A DNA stretch of 64,000 nt from an uncultured Candidatus Saccharibacteria bacterium (GCA_964420015.1 CAYQPO010000002.1:74121-138120), one strand, 5' to 3'. Counted from the stretch's first letter, positions 16,953 to 27,621 are shown. Numbers and translations: made by a program. The notes: generated by a model not told the origin, from the letters alone.

Positions 16953-18731
16953 ATGAAAATCCTTTTGCATTATTTGGGCAATGCTAAGCGCTACGCGCTT
17001 GCACATACATTTGTAACCACGGTGGTCGTGGTGGTGCTCTTAGGGGGTGGGTGGTATGCCTACGCCAAGATAGGGAGCGGCACCACGCAAACGCGCTACA
17101 TGCTCGGAACCGTTACGCGCGGCACCATCATCTCGACCGTGAGCGCCTCGGGGCAAATTTCAGCCAACAATCAACTCGACGTAAAACCACTCGTCAACGG
17201 CCAGATCACCTGGGTTGGAGTCAAAGCGGGAGATAAGGTCCATACCGGACAGGCGATGGTACAGATTGATAATCACGATGCGCGTCAAAGTTACCTCGAC
17301 GCTGAGCGTGCGCTCGAGGCAGCAAAACTACAGTACCAAAAAGATTCGGTACAGGCGCCGATCAGTTATCAACAAGACCAAGACGCGCTCACCACCGCGA
17401 CACAAAACCTCGCTAACGACTATAACGATACATTTAATTTGCTCTCAAGTAGCTATCTCAACCTGCCTGCAGTGGTAAACGGCGCCGAAGACGTACTCTA
17501 TGGGTACGATTTTGATACACATCGCTCGCAGTGGAATGCCGATTATCTGTTGAATCTTTTCAAATACGGACAAGATGTTTCGTCAGCAACTGCTTTTAAG
17601 ACGCAGACTACTGCCGATTATGCCACCGCTAGTGGAGCGTATACACAAGCGCTTAGTGCGTATCATGCCCTTGCGCGCACCTCGGCAACATCGACCTTGG
17701 AGATACAGTTACAAACGACTGTCGATCTAGAGACTAAGGTTGCGCAAGCGCTCCAAGACGAACTCAACTATCTGGGTGCCATTTCTGATCTCTCACAAAC
17801 GTATGGCATCGCACTCCCGAGTGGGTTTAACACTTTGCAGACCACGACGCGCACGCACCTTTCGACCGCTAATAGCGACCTCTCCTCTCTTTTGGCTGAG
17901 CAAAAAACACTTACTTCGGGCAAACAAGCAATTACAACCGCGCAACACAACCTGACGCTCGATCAAGTGGGCAACCAAGATGGCAGTAACCCCATTTCAC
18001 TGCAGATCGAGAAAAACAATCTCGACAAACAGACTGCCGATCTTGCACAGCAACTCGCCGATTTGGGCGATTACACCGTGCGCGCGCCGTTTAATGGCAT
18101 GGTCGCCTCCGTTGCAGCTAAGGTGGGGGATACTACCTTAGGCGCGGTGGCCTCGGTCGTGAGCGCGCAGCTCTTGGCGCAAATGAGCCTCAACGAAGTC
18201 GACGCAGCCAAAGTAAAACTCGGCGATAAGGCGACACTCACCTTTGATGCTATCGACACGCTTGCGCTTACGGGCAAAGTGGTCGAGATCGACCCGGTCG
18301 GCACGGTATCACAAGGCGTCGTAAGTTACACCATTAAGGTGGCACTCGATGTCCAAGACGGACGCATCAAACCGGGGATGACAGTCAACGCAGACATCCA
18401 AACCGCTGTTGTGCAAGATGCGCTCATGGTGCCGAGCTCCGCGGTTAAGGTGCAAAACGGAGAAAGCTACGTGCTCCTGTTTAACCCACCACTGCAGGCC
18501 TCGAGTACTGCACAAGGGGTTTTAAGCAACACCGCCCCGCAACAGATGCCAGTTGAAACAGGCATTTCGGACGACACATTCACTCAGATTATCTCGGGTT
18601 TACAAGAGGGCGAACAAATTGTCTCGAGCACTCGAACTACTACTGCCGCGGCCACTACTCGCACTACTACATCCACCAGTGGTGCGCGGGCTTTTGGTGG
18701 TGGCGGCGGGGCTATAAGGATCGGCGGTTAA
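16953..18731 (+). CDS. HlyD/MacA-type periplasmic adaptor (membrane fusion protein) with long coiled coil
   Basis: N-terminal TM, a biotinyl-lipoyl-like beta hairpin (QLDVKPLVNGQITWVGVKAGDKV...QIDNHDA), a long alpha-helical region and a C-terminal beta-barrel domain. It sits upstream of the MacB-like ATPase and permease. Confidence 0.75.
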   Translation: MKILLHYLGNAKRYALAHTFVTTVVVVVLLGGGWYAYAKIGSGTTQTRYMLGTVTRGTIISTVSASGQISANNQLDVKPLVNGQITWVGVKAGDKVHTGQAMVQIDNHDARQSYLDAERALEAAKLQYQKDSVQAPISYQQDQDALTTATQNLANDYNDTFNLLSSSYLNLPAVVNGAEDVLYGYDFDTHRSQWNADYLLNLFKYGQDVSSATAFKTQTTADYATASGAYTQALSAYHALARTSATSTLEIQLQTTVDLETKVAQALQDELNYLGAISDLSQTYGIALPSGFNTLQTTTRTHLSTANSDLSSLLAEQKTLTSGKQAITTAQHNLTLDQVGNQDGSNPISLQIEKNNLDKQTADLAQQLADLGDYTVRAPFNGMVASVAAKVGDTTLGAVASVVSAQLLAQMSLNEVDAAKVKLGDKATLTFDAIDTLALTGKVVEIDPVGTVSQGVVSYTIKVALDVQDGRIKPGMTVNADIQTAVVQDALMVPSSAVKVQNGESYVLLFNPPLQASSTAQGVLSNTAPQQMPVETGISDDTFTQIISGLQEGEQIVSSTRTTTAAATTRTTTSTSGARAFGGGGGAIRIGG

Positions 18732-18733
18732 GC

Positions 18734-19447
18734 ATGATCGAACTCAAACACATAACTAAAACCTACGGAGAAGGCAGTAATGAGTTTCAAGCACTCAAAG
18801 GGATCTCGTTTATGATCGAAGACGGCGAGTTTGTGGCGATCATGGGGCCGTCGGGCTCGGGCAAGTCAACCGCGATGCACATTCTTGGTTGTCTCGATAC
18901 ACCCACGAGCGGCGCGTATCATCTCGACGGTAAAGATGTCTCGCAAATGACTGAGGAAGAACTCGCTGACATCCGCAAAGACAAAATCGGTTTTGTTTTC
19001 CAAGCGTTTAACTTGTTGCCGCGCACCACCGTGCTGCGCAACGTGATGCTCCCGTTGGTCTACGCGGGCGTGGGCGAGTATGAACGAGAGCACCGCGCCA
19101 GAGCAGCGTTGCGTGCCGCTGGATTGGATGAAACTCATTTTTTGCACAAGAGTAACGAACTTTCAGGCGGGCAGATACAGCGCGTGGCTATCGCTCGTGC
19201 ACTGGTCAACAATCCTACGCTTATTTTGGCCGATGAGCCCACAGGCAACCTTGATACTAAAACCGGTGAACTTGTTTTGAGCACCTTTCAAAAACTAAAC
19301 GAAGAGTATGGCCGCACGATTATACTCATCACGCACGAGCAGACGATAGCCGCGCACGCCAGACGAATCATCCACTTGCGCGACGGCAAGATACTCTCTG
19401 ACAGCGCTCTGCACGCGCACAAACACGCCCACTACCATGCAGTTTAG
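18734..19447 (+). CDS. ABC transporter ATP-binding protein (MacB/LolD family)
   Basis: Walker [10 protein letters not shown], signature [14 protein letters not shown], Walker [12 protein letters not shown]. Confidence 0.9.
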   Translation: MIELKHITKTYGEGSNEFQALKGISFMIEDGEFVAIMGPSGSGKSTAMHILGCLDTPTSGAYHLDGKDVSQMTEEELADIRKDKIGFVFQAFNLLPRTTVLRNVMLPLVYAGVGEYEREHRARAALRAAGLDETHFLHKSNELSGGQIQRVAIARALVNNPTLILADEPTGNLDTKTGELVLSTFQKLNEEYGRTIILITHEQTIAAHARRIIHLRDGKILSDSALHAHKHAHYHAV

Positions 19448-20687
19448 AGATATTTTCCAAGAAACTTACACCGCATTAAATGCCAACAAAGTGCGCTCGG
19501 GCCTCACCGTGCTCGGCATTGTGATCGGCATCGGCTCGGTGATCGCGCTTGTTTCAGTTGGGCAGGGTGCGGCAAGTGGAATCCAAAAGAGTATCCAATC
19601 GCTCGGTTCAAACTTGATCGAGGTGATGCCGGGCGCGCAGCGTGGCATAGGTGGGTTTGCGGTCTCGACCGGGCGTGGCTTGGCCTCGACGCTTACGCAG
19701 GCGGATGTCGATGCGGTAGGCAGCGGCGTACAAAATATTGTTGCAGTCGCTCCCGAGGTTTCGAGTCGGCAGCAAATTACTGCCAAGGGCACTAACACCA
19801 ACACCACGGTGCTCGGGACTACGGCTGCCTACGCTGCCATACGCAATCTTGCTATCGACCAAGGAAGCTTTTTTAGTGATGAACAAAATCGTTCACTCGC
19901 AAAGGTCGCCGTGCTCGGACCGCAGGCCGCAAGTGACCTGTTTGGCACCGACGACACTAGCGAAGATGGTCTACCTCAAGACCTGGTTGGGCAGAGTGTC
20001 CGGATCAAAGGCGTGGAGTTTAAAGTAATCGGCGTCACCGTGGCTAAAGGCGGCAGCGGTTTTAACAACCAAGACGACATGGTTTTCATCCCATCGCTTG
20101 CGGCGCAGCGGTTTTTTACCGGCAATACCTCGGTGACTGCAATCGATATAGAGGCGCAGGACCAAAACTCGATGGCTCAGGTACAAAGCGACGTAACCGA
20201 TCTTTTGCTTGTGCGCCACACTATTGCTGATCCAACCAAAGCCGATTTTAGTGTGCTTAACCAAAACGACTTGCTCTCCGCGGTTTCGAGCGTCTCGCAA
20301 ACGCTTACCCTCTTGCTTGCTTCAATCGCGGGGATCTCGCTTTTGGTGGGTGGGATTGGGATCATGAACATGATGCTGACCACGGTCACCGAGCGCACGC
20401 GCGAGATCGGGTTGCGCAAAGCAATCGGTGCGCGTGCGCAAGACATCTCTCGGCAGTTTTTGGCCGAGTCGGTGGCGCTCACCGCGGTGGGCGGGGTGGT
20501 GGGCATTGTGCTGGGGCTTGGGGTGGCCTTCGGAGCAAACGCTACCGGGGTGATTGCCACGAGCGTTTCGCGGGGCTCGGTTGCGCTGGCGTTCGGGGTT
20601 TCAGCGCTGATCGGTATGGTGTTTGGATGGTATCCGGCGCGGCGTGCTGCCGCACTTAACCCTATCGAGGCGCTTCGGTACGAATAA
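19437..20687 (+). CDS. ABC transporter permease (MacB-type: TM1 + periplasmic domain + FtsX-like 3-TM domain)
   Basis: MacB_PCD-like N-terminus and C-terminal FtsX-domain helices. It overlaps the ATPase gene. Confidence 0.85.
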   Translation: MQFRDIFQETYTALNANKVRSGLTVLGIVIGIGSVIALVSVGQGAASGIQKSIQSLGSNLIEVMPGAQRGIGGFAVSTGRGLASTLTQADVDAVGSGVQNIVAVAPEVSSRQQITAKGTNTNTTVLGTTAAYAAIRNLAIDQGSFFSDEQNRSLAKVAVLGPQAASDLFGTDDTSEDGLPQDLVGQSVRIKGVEFKVIGVTVAKGGSGFNNQDDMVFIPSLAAQRFFTGNTSVTAIDIEAQDQNSMAQVQSDVTDLLLVRHTIADPTKADFSVLNQNDLLSAVSSVSQTLTLLLASIAGISLLVGGIGIMNMMLTTVTERTREIGLRKAIGARAQDISRQFLAESVALTAVGGVVGIVLGLGVAFGANATGVIATSVSRGSVALAFGVSALIGMVFGWYPARRAAALNPIEALRYE

Positions 20688-20708
20688 TTAATAAATAATA
20701 GTACGGCT

Positions 20709-21101
20709 ATGCACAAACAAATTATTGGAGCGGCAGTTGTCAGTGCGCTGGTATTCGGGGGTGTAGGGTTTTGGGGAGGCTCACAGTATGCGAAGAGCGC
20801 AGTGCCCGAGCGAGGAATGTTTGTTGCAGGAGGTCAGTTTGGCGGCGGGCGAAGTATGCGCAGTGCGGGAAGCTTTGTGAGCGGCGAAATCGTCAGTACT
20901 GACCAGAGTAGCTTTACACTCAAAATGCAGGATGGCAGCACCAAGATTGTGCTCCTCGGTGCCTCGACCACCGTAAGCGAGATGACGCAAGCACCCGCCT
21001 CGAGCCTCAAAGTAGGAGCGCAGGTGGTGGTCACGGGTGCGACCAACAGTGACGGGAGTCTTAGTGCGCAAATGGTGCAACTCCGGCCTACCAGACGCTA
21101 A
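20709..21101 (+). CDS. Small secreted protein with DUF5666-like Gly/Thr-rich beta domain, copy 3
   Basis: Signal/TM MHKQIIGAAVVSALVFGGVGF. The domain reads GEIVSTDQSSFTLKMQDGSTKIVLLGASTTVSE...VGAQVVVTGATNSDGSLSAQMVQL. Confidence 0.55.
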   Translation: MHKQIIGAAVVSALVFGGVGFWGGSQYAKSAVPERGMFVAGGQFGGGRSMRSAGSFVSGEIVSTDQSSFTLKMQDGSTKIVLLGASTTVSEMTQAPASSLKVGAQVVVTGATNSDGSLSAQMVQLRPTRR

Positions 21102-21187
21102 TCCACGCAAAAAAGCGCCGGCAGTTGCCGGCGCTTTTTGGATATGTTAGAAATGGGTTAGATACTAATCTAATTAGTGTCTACGCT

Positions 21188-21628
21188 ATGCAACAAAGAG
21201 AGCGGCAAGTGCGTGAGTTTCTCGATGGGCTGCAGGCACTTAAACGTCTCGGCGCCTTTAAGGCACCGCACGGCTCAATGATGCCCAAGGTCACCCCTGC
21301 GCAGTGGAACGCACTCTTTTATATTGCAGAGACAAAAGGGAGCACGGTCAAAGAGGTTGCTCAAGTCCTGGGGGTTACGAGCAGTGCTGCAACGCAACTC
21401 ATCGAGGGGCTGGTGCGCGAGGGCCATGTCGTACGCACGCAGAGCAAGGAGGACCGCCGCAGGGCACGTCTTGAGCTGTCTAAAAAGAGCCGCAGGCAGG
21501 TCGTAGCGCTGCAGAAGAGTACTTGCAGGGGCCTGGCAAAACTGTTCGAGGTGCTCAGTGACCGCGAGTTTGCACACTACTTACAACTCCATAAAAAAAT
21601 AATCGATCGCTTTTCAAAACGCATATGA
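21188..21628 (+). CDS. MarR family transcriptional regulator
   Basis: Winged HTH: VTPAQWNALFYIAETKGSTVKEVAQVLGVTSSAATQLIEGLVREGHVVR...DRRRARLELS. Confidence 0.8.
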   Translation: MQQRERQVREFLDGLQALKRLGAFKAPHGSMMPKVTPAQWNALFYIAETKGSTVKEVAQVLGVTSSAATQLIEGLVREGHVVRTQSKEDRRRARLELSKKSRRQVVALQKSTCRGLAKLFEVLSDREFAHYLQLHKKIIDRFSKRI

Positions 21629-23214
21629 GCTTCATCAGATCACTTTGGGCACGCGCACTCCGCCTCTCGCTCACCTACAAAATAGTCGGGGGAGTAGTGT
21701 TCGTGGCAGTGGTGCTCATCGGGGGACGTGTACTCCTGCGCCCCGCGGCTACTGAGAGTGCGCAACAAATAAGTGTAGTGCACATTGCCTCGGTCGCGAG
21801 CCTCTCGGACCAAAGTGGCCCGCTGCCCGTAGTGGGGAAAGTAAGCTCGGTAAGCAAGGCAAACATTTTGGCGGTGAGTTCAGGCGAGGTGGTGAGCTTG
21901 GTACACGCGCTTGGTGACTATGTGTATGCAGGAGCGGTCATCGGTAATTTTGAAAACAGCTCGCAGCGTGCGGCGGTTCTCCAAGCCGAAGGCGCTTACG
22001 AAGCTGCGCAAGCTGCCGCTTCTAAGGCGACCGGCAGCACCGCACAAAACTCCTCGGTCAGCTCTGCCCAAGCGACGCAAGCTGCGCAGAATGCCGCCGT
22101 GTCGGCTAACGCGGCGATCCGAAGCCTGTATGCGGCGCTCGACGACGCGGTGCACACCAAGGCAGACACTATTTTTAGTAACCCCCGTAGTAATCTTCCC
22201 CTGCTCAATGTCTCGGTCCCTGATGGACAGTTGGTGATCGATATTCAAAATACGCGTACCGGCCTTGATACGCTCCTGCAGGGTGTTAACGGGCTCGACA
22301 CCTCGAGCACACAAAATCTCGATGCGCATATTGCAACAACGCTCGCGGCAGCCAACACGGTGAGCGGATTTTTGGGTGATCTTATTGATGCGCTCAACAA
22401 AGCGGTGCCCTCGATTACTGTCTCGGCAACGACGATTGCATCGTATCAGACGACCGCGGCTGCGGCACGCACCGAAGTATTGAGTGCGGTTGCGACACTT
22501 AACAATGCAAAGAGCACCTACGACAGCGCTCTCTCTGCAGCTGCAGAGGCGCAGACCTCGGCCTCTTCCGGTATCACGAGCGACATCGCTGCCGCACAGG
22601 CCAACGTCAAGACGGCACTCGGTTCGCTTAACGTTGCGCAGGCCAATCTCGAAAAAACCATCATCCGCTCGCCGATCTCGGGCACGATCGTGAGCTTGCC
22701 GATCCACCGAGGCGACTATGTTGCTTCATTTAGCCAAGTAGCTGCGGTGTCTAACCCCGGCGCACTCGAGGTAGACGCTTACATCACTTCTGACGATGCC
22801 AAGACTATCGCAATAGGGGGCAAAGCCACTATCAATGGCTCGGGCAAAGGCACCATTGTATTTATCGCCCCAGCTCTCGACCCCTCGACCGGCAAGATTG
22901 AGGTCAAAATCGGTATCGCGGGGCAAGCAGGAGTCACCGACGGGGAGGTGGTGAGTGTCACGCTTGAGCGTACCTTGGGTACGCACAGTGCACAGGCTCC
23001 TGTGCTCATAATTCCACTCGCGGCAGTTAAGATCACACCCCAAGGGTCAGTGGTGTTTACCGTTGCAAGCAGCACTTTGCATGCGCAAGCAATTGTACTC
23101 GGCGAAGTATTGGGAAATAGCGTGGCAATACAGAGCGGTATCAGCGCAGAGGAGGCAATCGTGACCGATGCACGCGGGCTCTCAGACGGGCAGGAGGTCT
23201 CGATTGCGCAATAA
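21625..23214 (+). CDS. RND-efflux periplasmic adaptor subunit (HlyD family)
   Basis: N-terminal TM, a long Ala/Gln-rich helical hairpin, and C-terminal beta domains (IIRSPISGTIVSLPIHRGDYV). Start and stop overlap with the marR and RND genes. Confidence 0.7.
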   Translation: MSFIRSLWARALRLSLTYKIVGGVVFVAVVLIGGRVLLRPAATESAQQISVVHIASVASLSDQSGPLPVVGKVSSVSKANILAVSSGEVVSLVHALGDYVYAGAVIGNFENSSQRAAVLQAEGAYEAAQAAASKATGSTAQNSSVSSAQATQAAQNAAVSANAAIRSLYAALDDAVHTKADTIFSNPRSNLPLLNVSVPDGQLVIDIQNTRTGLDTLLQGVNGLDTSSTQNLDAHIATTLAAANTVSGFLGDLIDALNKAVPSITVSATTIASYQTTAAAARTEVLSAVATLNNAKSTYDSALSAAAEAQTSASSGITSDIAAAQANVKTALGSLNVAQANLEKTIIRSPISGTIVSLPIHRGDYVASFSQVAAVSNPGALEVDAYITSDDAKTIAIGGKATINGSGKGTIVFIAPALDPSTGKIEVKIGIAGQAGVTDGEVVSVTLERTLGTHSAQAPVLIIPLAAVKITPQGSVVFTVASSTLHAQAIVLGEVLGNSVAIQSGISAEEAIVTDARGLSDGQEVSIAQ

Positions 23215-23217
23215 CCA

Positions 23218-26200
23218 ATGCTTTTCCTCTGGAACTTTTTTCTTGAACGCCGCCAGCTGAGCTACGTGCTCATCTGCGTGCTTATCATCGCGGGGACGTA
23301 TGCCCTGCTCAAAATCCCTAAAGAAAACGCACCCTCGCTCGACATCCCGATCGCGATCGTAACCGCCACACTCCCGGGTGCCTCGGCCGAGGACATCGAG
23401 ACGCTGGTTACCAACAAACTCGAGAGCCAGATCTCAGGGATTTCGAACATCGACACCCTGACCTCTAACTCCAGCGACGGTCTGTCTCAAATTACGGTGC
23501 AGTTTACTGCGAGCGCCGACACTGACCGTTCGATCCAAGATCTGCGCGACGCGGTTTCGCGCGCGCTCCCCAATTTGCCCACCGACGTGACCGCGCCGCA
23601 AGTGACCAAACTCAACTTCAATGACCGACCAATAGTCGTGGTCTCGATCGCGGGCGACCTCACCCCGATGCAATTTTCTGAACTCGGCCGTTCGCTCTCG
23701 GATGAACTCCTGGCGGTTTCGGGTGTCTCGCAAGTCTCAGTCGCCGGCGTGCCCAAACGCGAGGTCGATGTAATTGTACGCAAAGAGGCCCTCGACCAAT
23801 ATGGATGGAAAATTACTGATGTAATCTCGGCGATCAGCACAAGCAATCCTGCAGCGACTGCGGGGCGGCTTTCGATCGACGGGATAAGATACCATGTCAA
23901 CTTTAAAGGCGACATCTCCGACCCCGAGCAGGTCCGCGACATCGCGATCTCAAGCAAAAACGGTGTACCCATTTACTTGCGCGACATTGCCGATATTAGC
24001 GACGCGCTCGCGCCCATCACCACCTACTCACGCCTCTCACTTGGTGGGGAGCCTGCCAAGCAGGGGATTGCGCTTCAGGTATACAAACAATCGAGCGCGG
24101 GGATCCAAAAAGTAGCCACTGCGGTGCGTGCCAAGGTCGATAGTCTGCGCTCGAGTGAGTTGCAAGGCCTTGATGTTTTTGTGCCGCCCTCGACCGACCA
24201 GGGCACGCAAGTTACAAAGCAGCTCGGCAACTTGAGCCAAACGGGGCTTATCACCGTGGCGCTCGTCATCGTGGTGCTCTTCTTTACTATCGGATGGCGT
24301 GAGTCGATTGTGGCAGCACTCTCCATTCCCTTGTCGTTTCTCATTTCGTTTATCGGCTTGTATGTAACCGGCAACACACTCAACTTTATTTCTCTCTTCG
24401 CGCTCATCTTGGCGGTAGGCATCTTAGTCGACTCGGGGATCGTAGTAACTGAGGCGATCCATGCGCGCTTGCGCACCCACGGTGGTCCGATGCCCGCAGC
24501 GCGCGCAGCACTCAAGGATTATGCCTGGCCTTTGATTGCGGGCACTATGGCAACCGTTGCGGTATTTGCGCCACTCTTTTTTATCTCAGGGATTGTGGGC
24601 AAATTTATCGCAGGCATTCCCTACACGCTCATCTTTGTACTTGTTGCCTCAATTCTTGTAGCACTCGGGATCGTGCCCCTGATCGCGGTCCTCTTTACTG
24701 CTAAAGGTGCGCCCAACAGGCTTGAGCAAAAGTTGGAGCACTACACTACCACCACGACGCGCTGGTACACCACTACGCTGCATACGTTTTTGCAAAACGA
24801 CTTATTCCAAAAACGCTTTCGTTGGGGGCTTATTGGTATGCTTATACTCTCGCTCACGCTTCCCATGCTCGGGCTCATACCGGTGACCTTCTTCCCCCAA
24901 AGCGACGAGGATTTTATCTACATCAACATCCAAAAACCACAAGGCACGGTGCTCGAACAAACCGACCTCTCAACCCGCGCGGTCGAAGAGCTACTCTATA
25001 ACGACCCCGATGTAGCCTCCTTCCAGACCACAGTGGGGGAGAGTTCGGCGCTCAGTGGCCAGAGTTCTAGTGGTAGCAATCAGGCAAACATCACGGTCAA
25101 CTTGCCTGAGCATCGAAGCAAGACGAGCACCGAGGTGCAGGCACAGTTACAAAAGCGCCTCGCGGTGCTCGAAGGGCTCGACGTGCAGGTGCTCCAGGCC
25201 AACAATGGCCCAAGCGCTGGTGCGCCAATTCAAATTCAATTCGAAGGCGACAATCTCGACGACCTCATCACTGCTGCAGAAAAGGGCCGCCAGCTCTTGA
25301 GCACACTGCCTGACGCGACCAACATCACCGCAAGCACGGAAGCCAACGGTACCGCTTTTGATTTAACCGTCGATCGCGCCAAAGCCGCTGCGCTTGGGCT
25401 CAATGCACAGCAGCTTGGCGCCACACTCCATGCGGCCATCAGCGGCACCAAAGCAACCACAATCAACGAGCCCAACCAGACGATCGACGTGATGGTCAAG
25501 CTCAACTTAAACCCTTTGTATCAAGACAACAGCCACACTGCAGACGCGACGATAGACGCAGTCAAAAATCTCTCGGTCCAGGGCTCTGCGGGCCCAGTGC
25601 TCTTGGGGTCGGTGGTAAACAACTCGCTCGGGATTAGCAACGCGGCGATTGCCCACAAAGACAAAAAGCGCGTCGAAACAGTCTCAGCTTACCCGGATGC
25701 GCGCACCACCACTTCGGCCGTGGTGAGCGCGTTCCAAAAGCGGGTGGGAGAACTCAATTTGCCCGCGGGCGTAACGGTCTCTTACGGCGGCGAGAGCGAG
25801 AGCATCAACGAGTCGTTTACCCAAATGTTCGTAGCGCTCATCGCCGGTATTGTGCTGATGTTCCTCATCCTCATTGTGTCCTTCGACTCGATCCGCTACA
25901 CGCTCTACTTGCTTTCGATCGTGCCACTCTCTTTAATCGGCGTACTCTGGGGGCTTGCGCTCACCGGACAGTCGGTGTCGTTCACCTCGCTCCTTGGGGT
26001 GATCGGTTTGGGTGGCGTCATTATTAACCACGCAATCATCCTCATGGACTCGCTCATCACCGAGCGACGTGAGCATCCTCAAAAGCCACTCATCGACGCA
26101 GTGGTCGATGCGAGCAAAACACGCTTCCGCCCCATTGTGCTCACGACCATCGCAACTGCAATCGGGATGATCCCACTTGCGATCTCGGACCCAACGTGGG

Positions 26201-26316
26201 GGCCGTTTGCCATCACCATCATGTTTGGGCTCCTGTTTGCCATTTGCCTCACCCTTGTGTTGGTGCCGATGCTGTTTTACCGCGCGCTCAAGCGCAAAGA
26301 GGGACAGCTCACGTAA
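23218..26316 (+). CDS. RND family efflux transporter permease (AcrB/HAE-type, 12 TM)
   Basis: 1032 aa with two large periplasmic loops and conserved TM4/TM10 regions. It matches the classic AcrB architecture. Confidence 0.9.
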   Translation: MLFLWNFFLERRQLSYVLICVLIIAGTYALLKIPKENAPSLDIPIAIVTATLPGASAEDIETLVTNKLESQISGISNIDTLTSNSSDGLSQITVQFTASADTDRSIQDLRDAVSRALPNLPTDVTAPQVTKLNFNDRPIVVVSIAGDLTPMQFSELGRSLSDELLAVSGVSQVSVAGVPKREVDVIVRKEALDQYGWKITDVISAISTSNPAATAGRLSIDGIRYHVNFKGDISDPEQVRDIAISSKNGVPIYLRDIADISDALAPITTYSRLSLGGEPAKQGIALQVYKQSSAGIQKVATAVRAKVDSLRSSELQGLDVFVPPSTDQGTQVTKQLGNLSQTGLITVALVIVVLFFTIGWRESIVAALSIPLSFLISFIGLYVTGNTLNFISLFALILAVGILVDSGIVVTEAIHARLRTHGGPMPAARAALKDYAWPLIAGTMATVAVFAPLFFISGIVGKFIAGIPYTLIFVLVASILVALGIVPLIAVLFTAKGAPNRLEQKLEHYTTTTTRWYTTTLHTFLQNDLFQKRFRWGLIGMLILSLTLPMLGLIPVTFFPQSDEDFIYINIQKPQGTVLEQTDLSTRAVEELLYNDPDVASFQTTVGESSALSGQSSSGSNQANITVNLPEHRSKTSTEVQAQLQKRLAVLEGLDVQVLQANNGPSAGAPIQIQFEGDNLDDLITAAEKGRQLLSTLPDATNITASTEANGTAFDLTVDRAKAAALGLNAQQLGATLHAAISGTKATTINEPNQTIDVMVKLNLNPLYQDNSHTADATIDAVKNLSVQGSAGPVLLGSVVNNSLGISNAAIAHKDKKRVETVSAYPDARTTTSAVVSAFQKRVGELNLPAGVTVSYGGESESINESFTQMFVALIAGIVLMFLILIVSFDSIRYTLYLLSIVPLSLIGVLWGLALTGQSVSFTSLLGVIGLGGVIINHAIILMDSLITERREHPQKPLIDAVVDASKTRFRPIVLTTIATAIGMIPLAISDPTWGPFAITIMFGLLFAICLTLVLVPMLFYRALKRKEGQLT

Positions 26317-26347
26317 TAAAAACTTCATAATCACGTCTGGTATAGTG

Positions 26348-27583
26348 ATGAGCATGCGTAAGGTTCTGGCTATTGCTGCCGCAGTTTTTGTACTCTCGCC
26401 GTTTGTTGCGTTTATGCTGAGCCCTGTCGAAGTGCAGGCCGCGACGCTCAATTCTAAGGGTCTCGAGGTTTCGGGCTGGCTGCCGTATTGGCGTGAGGCG
26501 TCCTCGACACTCGACGTGCTCCCCCACTTGAGCCAACTCACCGAGATCAACCCCTTTGTCTACGTGGTACAACCGGACGGAACCATCCAAGACATGGCAG
26601 GGATCGCCGACGAGCCATGGAAGAGTCTTATTGCTGCCGCTAAACAAAAAAAGGTGCGCGTAGTCCCCACCGTAATGTGGAGCGACACCAACGCGATCCA
26701 CACCATTTTAAGCAACGCCGTCTTGCGCGTGCAGCTCGAGGACGACATCGCAGCGCTCACCGCGAGAGAGGGGTTCGACGGTATCGACATCGACTTCGAG
26801 GGTAAAAAAGCAGAAGACAAGAAGTACTTCTCTACGTTTCTCAAAGGGCTCTATCAACGCATGGGTAAAAAATGGGTGATGTGCACGATTGAGTCGCGCA
26901 CCCCGATTGCCGACCGCTACAGCACTGCGCCGCCTAAAGACGCTGGGGTGTATGCCAACGACTGGCTACAAATCAACAAATACTGCGACCGCGTGCGGTT
27001 TATGACCTATGACCAGCAGTCGATCGACCAGACCCTCAACGCCGCACAAAAGAGCGCTCCCTACACCCCCGTGGCCGATGTGCAATGGGTAGAAAAGGCG
27101 ATCAAACTCGCGATGCAGACTATTAGTAAGAAAAAGATCATGATCGGCGTTGCAACCTACGGCTACGAGTGGCAGGTGACCCCACTTTCGACTTCTGGGT
27201 ACGACTACAAACTCCTCTGGGCCTTCAACCCCAAATACGCAACTGATCTTGCTGCGCAAATTGGTTCGACGATAAAACGCAACTCGGCTGGAGAACTTTC
27301 GTTTAGCTACCTCCCACAGATCCAGGTGCCTCCACCTGCTGCTGCAGACCAACAGCTCTCGACGGGCAACAGTAATGAGGTGACACCACCACCGGCCCCG
27401 CTCCAAACAACAACACCCGCTGCGGTAATCCTTGCTCAGGCGTCAATCAATATCCTCTGGTGGAGCGATGCAACCGCGATCAAACAAAAAGTCGACCTAG
27501 CAAAAAAACTCGGCGTGCGCGGAGTGGCGGTCTTCAAGCTGGACGGGGGAGAGGACCAGGCCATGTGGCAAGTTTTGAAATAG
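26348..27583 (+). CDS. Secreted glycoside hydrolase family 18-like protein
   Basis: Signal peptide MSMRKVLAIAAAVFVL and the GH18 catalytic signature FDGIDIDFEG (DGxDxDxE). Confidence 0.7.
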   Translation: MSMRKVLAIAAAVFVLSPFVAFMLSPVEVQAATLNSKGLEVSGWLPYWREASSTLDVLPHLSQLTEINPFVYVVQPDGTIQDMAGIADEPWKSLIAAAKQKKVRVVPTVMWSDTNAIHTILSNAVLRVQLEDDIAALTAREGFDGIDIDFEGKKAEDKKYFSTFLKGLYQRMGKKWVMCTIESRTPIADRYSTAPPKDAGVYANDWLQINKYCDRVRFMTYDQQSIDQTLNAAQKSAPYTPVADVQWVEKAIKLAMQTISKKKIMIGVATYGYEWQVTPLSTSGYDYKLLWAFNPKYATDLAAQIGSTIKRNSAGELSFSYLPQIQVPPPAAADQQLSTGNSNEVTPPPAPLQTTTPAAVILAQASINILWWSDATAIKQKVDLAKKLGVRGVAVFKLDGGEDQAMWQVLK

Positions 27584-27621
27584 TTTTTTACTGCGATTCG
27601 GGTTTAAACTGTTTTACTAGT

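Noticed and set aside
21880-22707. 275-aa minus-strand ORF
   Set aside because: It is antisense to the RND adaptor gene, with an Arg/Cys-rich shadow-frame composition.
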